This document shows, piece after piece, positions 54,986 to 64,000 of a stretch of 64,000 nucleotides of DNA. The DNA lies in the NCBI GenBank assembly GCA_039028615.1, contig JBCCHT010000028.1, forward strand, positions 96,001-160,000, read 5' to 3'. The translations under genes and the position numbers were made by a program. Source of the DNA: Myxococcota bacterium. Lineage in GTDB: Bacteria > Myxococcota_A > Polyangia > Nannocystales > Nannocystaceae. The notes below the pieces were generated by a model. That model had not been told where the DNA came from. It searched no databases and was given only the letters and a program-made list of their open reading frames with translations. Position 1 is the first letter of the stretch. Every line of letters starts with the position of its first letter.

Positions 54986-56449
54986 TCAACGCTCGAGCAA
55001 CTTGAACTCGATGCGGCGGTTCTTGGCCCGCCCCTTCTTGGACTTGTTGCTCTGCCTCGGCTCCGTCTCACCGGCCCCACGCGTCTTGAATCGAGACGCC
55101 TCGAGCCCTGCCGCCACGAAGTAGTCGCGCACCGCGTTCGCGCGATCCTCGGACAGCTGGCGGTTGTACTCGTCGTTGCCGCGATCGTCGGTGTGCCCGA
55201 CGATCTCGAGCCGCACGTTCGGGTACTCGGCCAGCACCTTCACGGCGCGATCCAGCAGCGGCTGCGACTTCTTGCGAATCGTCGCCTTGGCAGTGTCGAA
55301 GTAGATGCCCTCGATGACCCCGCTGAACTTCTCGACCGCCTTGGGCACCTCGTCCGGGCAGCCGTCTTCGTCGTCGAAGCCGTTGCTCGTCTCCGGCTCC
55401 TCGACGCACTCGTCGTCCGGATCCAAGATCCCGTCCCCGTCCGTATCGGGAATCGGGCAGCCGTTGTAGGCCTCGACGCCCGGCACATCCACGCACTCGT
55501 CGTCCGGATCCAAGATCCCGTCCCCGTCCGTGTCGGGAACGGGGCAGCCCTCGAACTCCTCCACGCCCGGCACGTCGACGCACTTGTCGTCGGGATCCAG
55601 GATCCCGTCTCCGTCCGTGTCGGGGATGGGGCAGCCGTCGTACTCCGGTACGCCCGGCGTCTCGACGCACTCGTCGTCTGGATCCAAGATCCCGTCCCCG
55701 TCCGTATCCAGCGGGCCCTTCTTCGGCTCCGCGTTCTTGCGGCCGAGCACCAGGCTCAGGCCCAGCAGGACCTCGGGCGAGTGCACCACGCTCTCGCCCA
55801 CGCCCCGCCGCGCCGTCATGTTGTCGCGCACGTCCAGACGCAGCGACGAGTAGCGGCTCATGTAGATCTTCAGGCCACCACCGAAGTGAAAGCCCAGGTC
55901 GATGTCGTTGCCGACCGCGTCGCGCTCACTGGCCACCCCCAGTCCCGACGCGCCCGCGAGCACGAACGGCGTCACGCTCCACTTGGGGAGCTGCAAGATG
56001 ACGTGACCCCGCGCGCCGTAGACCAGCGCGTTCTGGCCACCTTGGGTCTGCGTGGGCAGGACCGCGCCTTCGGCCTCGAGCCCGAGAATCCGCAAGACGT
56101 TGTATCCGACCCGTAGACCGCCCTCTGGGGCCCACGAGCGCAGGGGCTGAAAGCCCTGGTCGACCAGCGTCAGGTCCGATTCGAATAGCTCGACGCGAGA
56201 GTGCGGAAACAAGACGCCGCCGAAGACACCCAGCTCCCAGGTGTTGCGCTCGGGCGCCCAGCGATGGATCCACTTCTGATCCTTGCGCTTGTTCTTCTTG
56301 GCGCGCTTCTTCTTCTTCTTCTCACCCCCGTCGGCCTCCGCCGAACCGGTGGCTTCGGTGGAATCACCACCGACCGAAATCTCTCCTGCTGCACCCGCGC
56401 CTGGCCCCGCCAGGGCCAGGGCTGAACCAACGATCCAACTGATCCCCAT
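54986..56449 (-). CDS. OmpA-family outer-membrane protein: beta-barrel, four TSP type-3 repeats, OmpA C-terminal domain
   Basis: Amphipathic strands (WELGVFGG, PFVLAG, LRLDVRD), four DTDGDGILDPDDxC repeats, IYFDT, GHTD, LSEDRA, NRRIEF. Confidence 0.92.
   Translation of the reverse strand: MGISWIVGSALALAGPGAGAAGEISVGGDSTEATGSAEADGGEKKKKKRAKKNKRKDQKWIHRWAPERNTWELGVFGGVLFPHSRVELFESDLTLVDQGFQPLRSWAPEGGLRVGYNVLRILGLEAEGAVLPTQTQGGQNALVYGARGHVILQLPKWSVTPFVLAGASGLGVASERDAVGNDIDLGFHFGGGLKIYMSRYSSLRLDVRDNMTARRGVGESVVHSPEVLLGLSLVLGRKNAEPKKGPLDTDGDGILDPDDECVETPGVPEYDGCPIPDTDGDGILDPDDKCVDVPGVEEFEGCPVPDTDGDGILDPDDECVDVPGVEAYNGCPIPDTDGDGILDPDDECVEEPETSNGFDDEDGCPDEVPKAVEKFSGVIEGIYFDTAKATIRKKSQPLLDRAVKVLAEYPNVRLEIVGHTDDRGNDEYNRQLSEDRANAVRDYFVAAGLEASRFKTRGAGETEPRQSNKSKKGRAKNRRIEFKLLER
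55350..55708 (-). repeat. Four 78-bp thrombospondin type-3 coding repeats
   Basis: GATCCAAGATCCCGTCCCCGTCCGT-like unit repeated every 78 bp. Confidence 0.88.
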
Positions 56450-56600
56450 CGACAATGTCCCTCCGCCGTGTGTGTTCAGCAAGAGTCGTTCCAACCGGCC
56501 GGTCGGCGGAGAACGAGATTCGCTCAGTGTTCCATCACACGTGCCAACGCCGTGGGCGGGGCATTGCGCCCCGCCGCGGCTTTTTACTAGGGACGGTGGC

Positions 56601-57905
56601 TCAGGCCCAGGTGCGCGAGGCGTGGAGGGCCAGGCCGGAGGCGATCGACATCAGCTCGTCACCCCCTCGCAGCTTGTCCGCCCCGAAGCGCGTCTCGAAC
56701 TCGCGGCGAACGACGGGGACGAATGCGGTCCCGCCCGTCATGAACACACGATCGACCTCCGCCGCGGTCACGCCCGCTTTGGCCAGGGTGTCGTCGAGGG
56801 CCCCCGCGATGCGAGCGACATGGTCGGCGATCCACGCCTCGAACTGGCTGCGCTCCACGGGCGCCTCCACCTTCACCGGGCCGTCCTCGTAGTGAAAGGT
56901 GCCCTCGGCCGCGGACGACAGCGAGATCTTGAGGCGCTCGACCGCCTTGTGCAGGTGAAAGCCCTGGTTGTTGTCGATGACGTGGATGAGCGCGCCGATG
57001 GCCTCTGGCTGGCGCGCGAAACGATGCAGCCGGTCGAGCTCGGCTCGGGTGCGCTTGCCTTTGAGAAACGACAGATGATGCCAGCGGGAGAGCTTGTAGT
57101 AGTACGAGTTGGGGATGGCCAGCTCTCGGCCCATCTCCACGTAGGTCGAGCCGCGCCCCAGCTGCGGGCAGACCAGGTGCTCGATGATGGCGGCATCCAG
57201 GTCGTCGCCCGCCACCGCCACGCCACCGGTCGCAACGATGTCTCCCACGCGCTCGGTCTGCTGGTGGCGCTGCGGGCCCAGTCGCATCAGGCAAAAATCG
57301 CTGGTACCACCGCCGAAGTCGGCCACCAGCGCCAGTTCGGGCGCCTCGAGGGTTTTTTCGTAGTGATACGCGGCCGCGATGGGCTCGAGTTCGAAGAGCA
57401 CCTCCTCGAACCCGGCCTTGGTCGCCGCGGTGGCCAGGCGCTGCTGGGCTTCCTCGTTGGCCTCGTCGGTGTCGGCACCCGCGAAGCACACCGGGCGCCC
57501 CAGCATCGCGTGCCGAACCTCGACGCCCCGCTGCTCGCTCAGGCACTGCCGTAGCCGGAAGAAGAACAGGGTCAGCATGTCGTCGAGGGTGACGCCGTGG
57601 TGACCTATCTGCGTGCGCCCCAGCGACAAAGTGGTGAGGTGCGTCTTGAACGACTGCACCAGCCGCCCCTCCCCCATCGCCTCGAGGTAGGCCTCGATGG
57701 CCCCCACCCCGGCGTGGAATTGGATGGGCAGCCGGACCTCCTGCTCGTCGGGATCGAAAAAGAGCAGGGTCCGGTAGCTCTGGGTCAGCGCGCCCAGCAG
57801 GGTGAACTCCAAGAAGCTCACCTGCCCGGTCGCGTCCGCCAGCGCGAGCGCGGAGTTGGAGGTGCCGAAGTCGATACCGACGCAAGGAGTGCGGGGCTGC
57901 CCCAT
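56601..57905 (-). CDS. Hsp70-family protein (YegD-like)
   Basis: GIDFGTSNS, MLGRPV, EPIAAA, DFGGGTSD, VFMTGG; ATPase domain only. Confidence 0.9.
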   Translation of the reverse strand: MGQPRTPCVGIDFGTSNSALALADATGQVSFLEFTLLGALTQSYRTLLFFDPDEQEVRLPIQFHAGVGAIEAYLEAMGEGRLVQSFKTHLTTLSLGRTQIGHHGVTLDDMLTLFFFRLRQCLSEQRGVEVRHAMLGRPVCFAGADTDEANEEAQQRLATAATKAGFEEVLFELEPIAAAYHYEKTLEAPELALVADFGGGTSDFCLMRLGPQRHQQTERVGDIVATGGVAVAGDDLDAAIIEHLVCPQLGRGSTYVEMGRELAIPNSYYYKLSRWHHLSFLKGKRTRAELDRLHRFARQPEAIGALIHVIDNNQGFHLHKAVERLKISLSSAAEGTFHYEDGPVKVEAPVERSQFEAWIADHVARIAGALDDTLAKAGVTAAEVDRVFMTGGTAFVPVVRREFETRFGADKLRGGDELMSIASGLALHASRTWA

Positions 57906-58006
57906 GAAGCGACACAGACTACACGGGGTTGGGCGAGAGTCCAGGCGCAACGAGGGCCCGACCGAAGTCGAGCCCTGCGAGCGAGCTCAATCGGTACGAG
58001 GGCGAC

Positions 58007-58495
58007 TCAGATGCACTGCGCCGCGCAGCCAGCCGAGCACATGACCAGCATGGTGATCAGCTCGTTTTCGGCGGCGTCGCACTCCGTCGTGCAGGCCTCG
58101 ACCCCGGCCACGCCGGGCATCGTCTCGACGCAGGCCTGGAAGCACTGACACTCGCCGGACTCGTCGGCGTCGCAGGCCTCGAGCTGCGGGCAGCAGCTCT
58201 CCTTGACGCAGGTCGCACACTCGTCGTCCGAGGCCTCGGGGTCACAGGCGCCCGCCGCCTCGGTGTCGTTGGCGGTCTCGTCGCCCGGGTCGGTGGTGGC
58301 GACGTCGGTGGTCGCCGCGTCGGTGGTCGCCTCGGTCGTGGCCGACTCCGTGGTGGCGGCCTCGGTAGCCCCGGCTTCCGTGGTCGCGGCCTCGGTGGTC
58401 GCGTTGCCGTCGGAGTCCCCCGTGCTGCTGTCGTCACCGCAGGCGGTGGTCGCGAGAAGGAGGCCGAGCGTGAAGGTCGAGACGAGTCGTTTCAT
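58007..58495 (-). CDS. Small Cys-rich lipoprotein with ATTE linker
   Basis: LATTAC-GDDSS lipobox, ATTEA repeats, Cys-rich C-terminus. Confidence 0.78.
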   Translation of the reverse strand: MKRLVSTFTLGLLLATTACGDDSSTGDSDGNATTEAATTEAGATEAATTESATTEATTDAATTDVATTDPGDETANDTEAAGACDPEASDDECATCVKESCCPQLEACDADESGECQCFQACVETMPGVAGVEACTTECDAAENELITMLVMCSAGCAAQCI

Positions 58496-58716
58496 GAAAG
58501 CGCGTTCCGTAGTCGAGGCGCGGGATGGTGCCACGGAGCCGGAAGTCACAGCAATGCCGGCTCGGGCCCCGCTGCGGCCCATGTCACGGCCCCGCGCAAA
58601 CTCTCGCGCACCGTTTTGATTCAATCGTTGGGAACGCCGGGTTTTGGGGCCAGCCGATGTGGTATCGCAAACCCAGCGTGTTCTCCCTGCCCGGATCGAT
58701 GGCGCGACTCGCCGCC

Positions 58717-59883
58717 ATGAACGTGGACCCGATGATGCCGGTCATCGTGGGGGCGGCGTTCTGCATCCTCGTCGTCGGGCTCGCCCTGCGCCGCGTCGGC
58801 CAGCCCCAGGTGGTCGCGTACCTCATCACCGGAGTCCTGCTCGGACCGCACGTGCTCGAGGTGTTCACCGACCAGGTCGCCATCGCGCGCGTCGGCGACT
58901 TCGGGGTGCTGCTGCTGTTGTTCTTCCTGGGCATGGAGGTCTGCGTCGACGAACTGGTCCGGGGCTGGCGGGTCGCGATCATCGGCACCGCCTTGCAGGT
59001 CTTCGGCAGCGTGGCGCTGTGCTTCGCCATCGGCACCCTCATGGGTTGGCCCGTGGCGCGCATCGTGCTGCTCGGCTTCGTCGTCAGCCTCAGCAGCACG
59101 GCCGTGGTCGTCTCGGTCCTGCACGCGCGAGAAGAACTCCACGAGCAAGTGGGCCGAGATGCGCTGTCGGTGCTGCTCGTGCAGGACGTCGCCATCGCGC
59201 CCATGCTGATCGTGGTGGGCCTGCTCTCGGGCGGCCCCGTCGACAAGACCACGCTCATGCTCCAGGTGAGCGGCGGCGCCGTCATCATCGTCCTCGTCGC
59301 CATCGTGGTGAAGAAGCGGACGATCCACCTGCCCTTCGCCAAGCTGCTCGAGGCCGATCACGAGCTGCAGGTCTTCGCCGCCGGGCTGTTGTGCCTCGGC
59401 TTGTCGCTGGCGACCGGCTCGATGGGGCTGTCGTCGGCCCTGGGCGCGTTCGTGGCCGGCTTGCTCGTGGGCTCCGCCCCGGAGACGGACTGGGTGCACC
59501 ACGTGCTCGAGCCCTTCCGGGTGCTGCTGCTGGCGCTGTTCTTCGTGTCGATCGGCTTGTTGGTCGACCTGACCTTCATCGCCGAGTACTGGAAGGTCGT
59601 CGGCTTTCTCGTGGTCGGCACGCTGACCACCAACACCCTGCTCAACGGACTCATCCTCAAGGTCCTGGGGCGCACGTGGAGCCACTCGATCTACACGGGC
59701 GCGGTGCTGTCCCAGATCGGCGAGCTGAGCTTCGTGCTGGCTGCGGTGGGCAAGGGCATGGGCATCATCGACGACTTCGCCTACGGGCTGGCCATCGCAA
59801 CCATCGCCTCCACGCTGCTGCTGAGCCCGGCGTGGACCGGCGCCTTGCGAGCGGTGTCTAGGTTTTCCCGTGAGTCAGAATGA
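58717..59883 (+). CDS. CPA2-family cation:proton antiporter (no KTN domain)
   Basis: Many transmembrane helices, GVLLLLFFLGME, LSSTAVV, LLVQD, LGAFVAG, SQIGELSFVL. Confidence 0.9.
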   Translation: MNVDPMMPVIVGAAFCILVVGLALRRVGQPQVVAYLITGVLLGPHVLEVFTDQVAIARVGDFGVLLLLFFLGMEVCVDELVRGWRVAIIGTALQVFGSVALCFAIGTLMGWPVARIVLLGFVVSLSSTAVVVSVLHAREELHEQVGRDALSVLLVQDVAIAPMLIVVGLLSGGPVDKTTLMLQVSGGAVIIVLVAIVVKKRTIHLPFAKLLEADHELQVFAAGLLCLGLSLATGSMGLSSALGAFVAGLLVGSAPETDWVHHVLEPFRVLLLALFFVSIGLLVDLTFIAEYWKVVGFLVVGTLTTNTLLNGLILKVLGRTWSHSIYTGAVLSQIGELSFVLAAVGKGMGIIDDFAYGLAIATIASTLLLSPAWTGALRAVSRFSRESE

Positions 59884-60676
59884 ACCGAGACACCGCGCTG
59901 TCGGCCCGGCCGAGCTCGTGGACGACTTGGTAGTGATTGAGTGACGGGCACGCGAGGTACTCGAAGGCCGCGTTGTCCCGGTTGTCCTCGTGGAGGCGAC
60001 GCGATTGCTCGATGAAGAACTCGGTCTCGCCCGCGCCCACGGCCAGCATGGTCGGGCACGTCACCACGCCGAGGTCGAGCCGGGCGGGGCTGTGGAGCGC
60101 GACGTCCGATTCGGTCAGCTGCAGGACCTCGTCGAGGTAGCTGCCGCGGATGGGCTCGAGGTCGAAGATCCCGCTGAGGCTGCACAGAGCTCGAATCGAC
60201 GGTCGCAGGGCCTCGTTGCGCAGATAGGCCATGAGCGCGAGGTGACCGCCCGCCGAGTGGCCAGCAATCGTGAGGGCGCTCGGGTCGGCGCCGAAGCGGG
60301 GCCCTTCGCGGCCGATCCAGCGCAGGGCCTCGTCGATGTCTCCGACCAGGTCCTCCATGGTCACCGCGGGGATCAACCGGTAGTTGAGCACGAAGACCGC
60401 GAAACCGGCTTCGACGAAGGGCTCGGCCGTGAACCGATAGCTGCGCTTGTCCAACGCCCGCCAGTACCCGCCGTGGATGAACACCAAGACCGGGGCGCCC
60501 GAGGCCTGCGCGGGAAACACGTCCATGCGTTGCAGCGACGCCGGGCCGTACGCCTCATCGAGCGCGCAGGGGACCTGCGCCACGACGCGCGCGCTGTGCT
60601 GCTCGTTGATGTCGAGGAAGCGCTGGAAGTCCGGGTGACGGGCGCGAAGATCGAGCTGCTCGCGGGCGAGTTTCAT
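59858..60676 (-). CDS. Alpha/beta hydrolase (arylformamidase-like)
   Basis: FIHGGYW, GHSAGG, SGIFDL, NHY. Confidence 0.88.
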   Translation of the reverse strand: MKLAREQLDLRARHPDFQRFLDINEQHSARVVAQVPCALDEAYGPASLQRMDVFPAQASGAPVLVFIHGGYWRALDKRSYRFTAEPFVEAGFAVFVLNYRLIPAVTMEDLVGDIDEALRWIGREGPRFGADPSALTIAGHSAGGHLALMAYLRNEALRPSIRALCSLSGIFDLEPIRGSYLDEVLQLTESDVALHSPARLDLGVVTCPTMLAVGAGETEFFIEQSRRLHEDNRDNAAFEYLACPSLNHYQVVHELGRADSAVSRFILTHGKT

Positions 60677-60709
60677 CGGTCGGCCTGATGCGGCCGTACC
60701 GTAGCACCG

Positions 60710-61627
60710 CTACCGCACGCAGACGTCGTCTTCGAAGCTCCCGCACGCACACTCGGCGACCGGGAAGAACACGCCCGAGTCGTGGTCGCACCACTGACAC
60801 TGGCCCCCGCCCGGGCTGCGGCAGGTCGCGCAGTCGATGCAGTGGAAGCTGCCGAAGTTCGTCGCGTCGGCGCTGGCCGAGTTGCCGCAGTACGCGGTCC
60901 AGCAACCCGTGGTCGGGTTGAGCCCGGTCGCGTCGCACTGGTGCGGCACCCCCACCGGGACCTCGCAGCCGTTGGCCGCGTTGCCGTCGCAGTCCTCCCA
61001 CGGGGCCTGGCACTGAATCTGGCAGCTGCCGCTCACGCACGCGCCGTCGGCATGGTCGGCGCCCGCACAGGTATCCCCGCAGGCGGAGCAGTTGGAGTTG
61101 CTGCCCAGCGTGACCTCGCAGCCGTCGCTCATGTCGCCGTTGCAGTCCTCGAAACCGTCGAGGCACTCCATGCCCGTGCAGGCTCCGTCGACGCAGGTGC
61201 CGGGCTCGGTGTTGTCCGCGGTGCACTCGAGCGGGGTGCCGACGCAGACCCCGGCGCCGTCGCAGGCGTCGACGTCCGTGCACGGATCGCCGTCGTTGCA
61301 GCTCGACCCGGCCATCGACGGGAAGTGCTGGCACATGCCCGCTTGGCAGATGCCTTGCTGCTCGAGGCAGAAGCCCGGCGGCAGCATGCAGTCGGCGTCC
61401 GCCTGGCACGTGCCCAGATCGGGCAGCATGGGCGGACCGTCGTCCGAGCCCTCGCCGGACCCGTCCGCCGGACCATCGCTGGTCAACGGCGGGTTGGTGG
61501 ACGTGGTGGTGGTGGAGGTCATGGCCTCCCCCGAGGAGCCCAAGCCCTCGAACGCGGGACCGGTCAGGTCGGGGTCGTCTCCGGTCGCGCAGCCCCCCAG
61601 ACCCCCGACCAGCAGCAACGCCGCCAT
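60710..61627 (-). CDS. Cys-rich lipoprotein (myxobacterial type)
   Basis: GAGGAG RBS, GLGGC lipobox, CNDGDPCT, DCNGDMSDGCE, DCDGNAANGCE. Confidence 0.8.
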   Translation of the reverse strand: MAALLLVGGLGGCATGDDPDLTGPAFEGLGSSGEAMTSTTTTSTNPPLTSDGPADGSGEGSDDGPPMLPDLGTCQADADCMLPPGFCLEQQGICQAGMCQHFPSMAGSSCNDGDPCTDVDACDGAGVCVGTPLECTADNTEPGTCVDGACTGMECLDGFEDCNGDMSDGCEVTLGSNSNCSACGDTCAGADHADGACVSGSCQIQCQAPWEDCDGNAANGCEVPVGVPHQCDATGLNPTTGCWTAYCGNSASADATNFGSFHCIDCATCRSPGGGQCQWCDHDSGVFFPVAECACGSFEDDVCVR

Positions 61628-61716
61628 CGCTCCTCGTGCTCCTGCCGTGCGTCCCACCTCCACGGAGCCATGGTACCGCAAACCCATCGGCACGGTGACG
61701 TATCCTGCCGTCGACG

Positions 61717-62484
61717 ATGAGCTACCCCGCCCCGTTCTACGCCGCCCTGCATCGCGGCACCCCCGGCGACCTCGCCCACTACCGACGGCTGTGCAAAGGC
61801 GCGTCGTCCGTGCTCGAGCTGGGCTGCGGTTATGGCCGAGTCGTAACGTCGTTGGCCGCCCCGAACCGAACGATCGTTGGGGTCGAGCCCGACGAACAGA
61901 TGTTGGGTCTCGCTCGCGACGCCGTCGCCGGACTGCCCGAAGAAGACCGCTCCGGGGTCACCCTCATCGCCGGCGACATGCGAACCCTCGACCTGGGTCG
62001 CCGCTTCGATCGCGTGCTCGTCCCCTTCGGTGGCCTCTATTGCATGCTCGACGATCGCGATCTCGATGCCGCGCTAGCCACCGTGGCGCGACACCTGGCG
62101 CCCGGGGGCACCGCGGGCTTCGACGTGTATCGAGCCGATGACTTCCACGCCCACGCCGAGCCCGACGACGTGCCCGACGACGCTCATACCCCGCTGGCCC
62201 GGGTCACCGTCGACGGCACCGACTACGAGGTGCTCGAGCGCAGCACCTGGGACAAGCCAGCGCAGCGCATCGATGCCTCGTACCTCTACGTCGACGAAGT
62301 CGGGCGAACGATCCGCGGCGTCATCGAGCAGCGCTACCTGCTGCAGCCCCAGCTCGAGGCGGCGTTGCAGCGCGCCGGGCTCGAGCTGGTCGAGCAGCGC
62401 CGCGACTTCGGGTCGCCCCCCGAAGACGAGGACGACGACGAGGGCCTGATCATCGCCACCGTGCGAGCGATGGGCGATTCGTAG
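61717..62484 (+). CDS. Class I SAM-dependent methyltransferase
   Basis: VLELGCGYGR, GDMR, FDRV, HLAPGG. Confidence 0.9.
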   Translation: MSYPAPFYAALHRGTPGDLAHYRRLCKGASSVLELGCGYGRVVTSLAAPNRTIVGVEPDEQMLGLARDAVAGLPEEDRSGVTLIAGDMRTLDLGRRFDRVLVPFGGLYCMLDDRDLDAALATVARHLAPGGTAGFDVYRADDFHAHAEPDDVPDDAHTPLARVTVDGTDYEVLERSTWDKPAQRIDASYLYVDEVGRTIRGVIEQRYLLQPQLEAALQRAGLELVEQRRDFGSPPEDEDDDEGLIIATVRAMGDS

Positions 62485-62498
62485 AACAAAAAGTGGTC

Positions 62499-62903
<405 letters not shown>

Positions 62904-62913
62904 TCCCGGCCGG

Positions 62914-62943
62914 GGTCTAGCACCAAGGGCGGTCCCAAAACAA
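62914..62943 (-). promoter_or_regulatory. Putative rnpB promoter
   Basis: TTGTTT-18 nt-TAGACC with an extended -10 TG, about 10 nt upstream of P1. Confidence 0.4.
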
Positions 62944-63010
62944 CGGGCTTCCGTCGAGCCTCGGCGGGTCGCTTGTTCGGCCTCGATCGGCTGCCTATGC
63001 TCGACCGACG

Positions 63011-63841
63011 ATGTCCCGCCGCAGGGCAACGAGCCGGGTCACGGCGTGGGGAGCCGGGCTCGCGCTCGTGGCGGCCTGCGCCCTGCCCCGCCCCGGCTGG
63101 TCCGCGACCGTGGCTCCGCCGACCTCCGCCCTCGAGCAGGCGCGGGCGCAGCTGCAGCAGGACGATCCCCTCGCCGCCATCGCGACCCTCGAGGGCGGCC
63201 TGGCCGAGCTCGGCCCCCAGGCGCTGCGGCGGGAGCCCGACGACCGGGCCCTGCTGCTGCTCGAGCTGTCGACCGCGCTCGAACGAGCCCACGACCAGCA
63301 GGGTGACCCCGCGCACCTGCAGCGCGCCCGGGACCGTCTCCAGCAGTTGCTGGAAGAGAGCGAGATCCACGGCTACGCCGCGCCCCTGGTCGACCGGGCC
63401 CTCGCGGAACGGGACCGCATGGAGGAACGCCTGCTCGCCGTGCCGGGCCCCGACACGGTATCGTCCCGTCCCCTGGCTCGCCCCGCTCGATCGACCCCGG
63501 CCAACCCCGGCCGCGGGTGGATGATCGCTGGCGGCACCACGATGGGCGTCGGCGTCGGCGTGTCGAGCCTCGCGTTCGTGGGCGTGGCCATGAGCAGCCG
63601 AGCCGACTCGGCCGTGGCCCGAACCACCGTGCCGTCGACCGAGGCGCAGCGCATCGATGCCATCGAGCAAGGTCAGCGCGGCAACCGGTTCGCGATCGCG
63701 GGCACCGTCGCCGCGACGGCCCTCGTCGTGGCCGGCCTCGGTGTGCTGCTGTGGGGCGTTCGAGTGCGGCGCCGTGCCGCACCAGAGCCCGCGGCTCGCC
63801 CCCTCGTCCGCGCGTCCTTTCCTGGGGGTCTTTGGTGGTGA
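63011..63841 (+). CDS. Hypothetical exported protein with TPR-like helices and C-terminal hydrophobic segments
   Basis: Signal peptide, amphipathic helices, two Gly-rich hydrophobic segments. Confidence 0.65.
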   Translation: MSRRRATSRVTAWGAGLALVAACALPRPGWSATVAPPTSALEQARAQLQQDDPLAAIATLEGGLAELGPQALRREPDDRALLLLELSTALERAHDQQGDPAHLQRARDRLQQLLEESEIHGYAAPLVDRALAERDRMEERLLAVPGPDTVSSRPLARPARSTPANPGRGWMIAGGTTMGVGVGVSSLAFVGVAMSSRADSAVARTTVPSTEAQRIDAIEQGQRGNRFAIAGTVAATALVVAGLGVLLWGVRVRRRAAPEPAARPLVRASFPGGLWW

Positions 63842-64000
63842 GCGCCCGCATCGCGCTGCTGTCGGTGGTCCTGGGCGCGGGCTCGAGTTGCTACGCCGCG
63901 TCCACGGTCGAAGGCCTGCCCTGCTCGAGCGACGCATCCTGCGGCTCGGAGCACGTATGCGTGCTCGGTTACTGCCGCGCCGACATCGACGACGCCTTGG
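63838..64000 (+). CDS. Partial Cys-rich lipoprotein (runs off the window)
   Basis: GTGA overlap with the previous stop; translates SARIALLSVVLGAGSSCY..LPCSSDASCGSEHVCVLGYC. Confidence 0.65.
   Translation, partial: MSARIALLSVVLGAGSSCYAASTVEGLPCSSDASCGSEHVCVLGYCRADIDDAL

Noticed and set aside
52971..55708. CRISPR array or DGR suggested by regularly spaced repeats
   Set aside because: The repeats are in-frame protein repeats with synonymous variation; no cas or reverse transcriptase gene is present.
52077..56449. Direct naming as traA/traB
   Set aside because: Gene order is reversed, there is no N-terminal PA14-like domain or MYXO-CTERM tail, and the repeat type differs; analogy only.
56531..56547. 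Sigma54 promoter upstream of the OmpA gene (minus strand TGGCACG-TGTG-ATGGA)
   Set aside because: The -24 element is good but the conserved -12 GC is GG; too weak to call.

Overview
High-GC bacterial chromosomal segment. The gene content points to Myxococcota, probably Nannocystaceae-like (inference): Cys-rich lipoproteins with acidic Ser/Thr/Gly linkers, TPR-tailed Ser/Thr kinases, an ECF sigma-kinase pair and an OmpA/TSP3 protein. About 45 coding genes are supported. In order: a DUF1998/MrfA-type helicase with an in-frame TAG in motif III, RluA, an MDR oxidoreductase, an IgGFc-binding-domain lipoprotein, a kinase-TPR gene coupled to an orphan gene, a CaiB/BaiF CoA-transferase, a sahR-metH operon with a predicted SahR operator, three CAP-domain lipoproteins, a glycogen cluster (malQ-glgB fusion, GH57/DUF3536, glgC, glgA) interrupted by an ECF-kinase-orphan module, a 5'-nucleotidase, a fimU-pilV-pilW-pilX cluster divergent from a CRP/FNR regulator, pdxA-uvrA, DUF3108, a kinase, MOSC, DUF4105/Lnb-like, PEBP, an OmpA-TSP3 plus Cys-repeat-TSP_C pair, YegD-like Hsp70, a CPA2 antiporter, a hydrolase, a methyltransferase and rnpB. 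No rRNA, tRNA, CRISPR array or transposase was seen. The strongest leads are (1) a two-gene 'split thrombospondin' surface module, (2) kinase-TPR genes followed by orphan cargo genes with a C-terminal Asp-Pro motif, (3) an RNase P RNA apparently lacking P18, (4) a recurrent Cys-Gly-Asp-Asp-Ser motif after the lipobox together with an Lnb-like gene, and (5) a structured leader with an SOS-like box ahead of the interrupted helicase. All family calls come from motifs read by eye; no database searches were run, and many start codons are best guesses.
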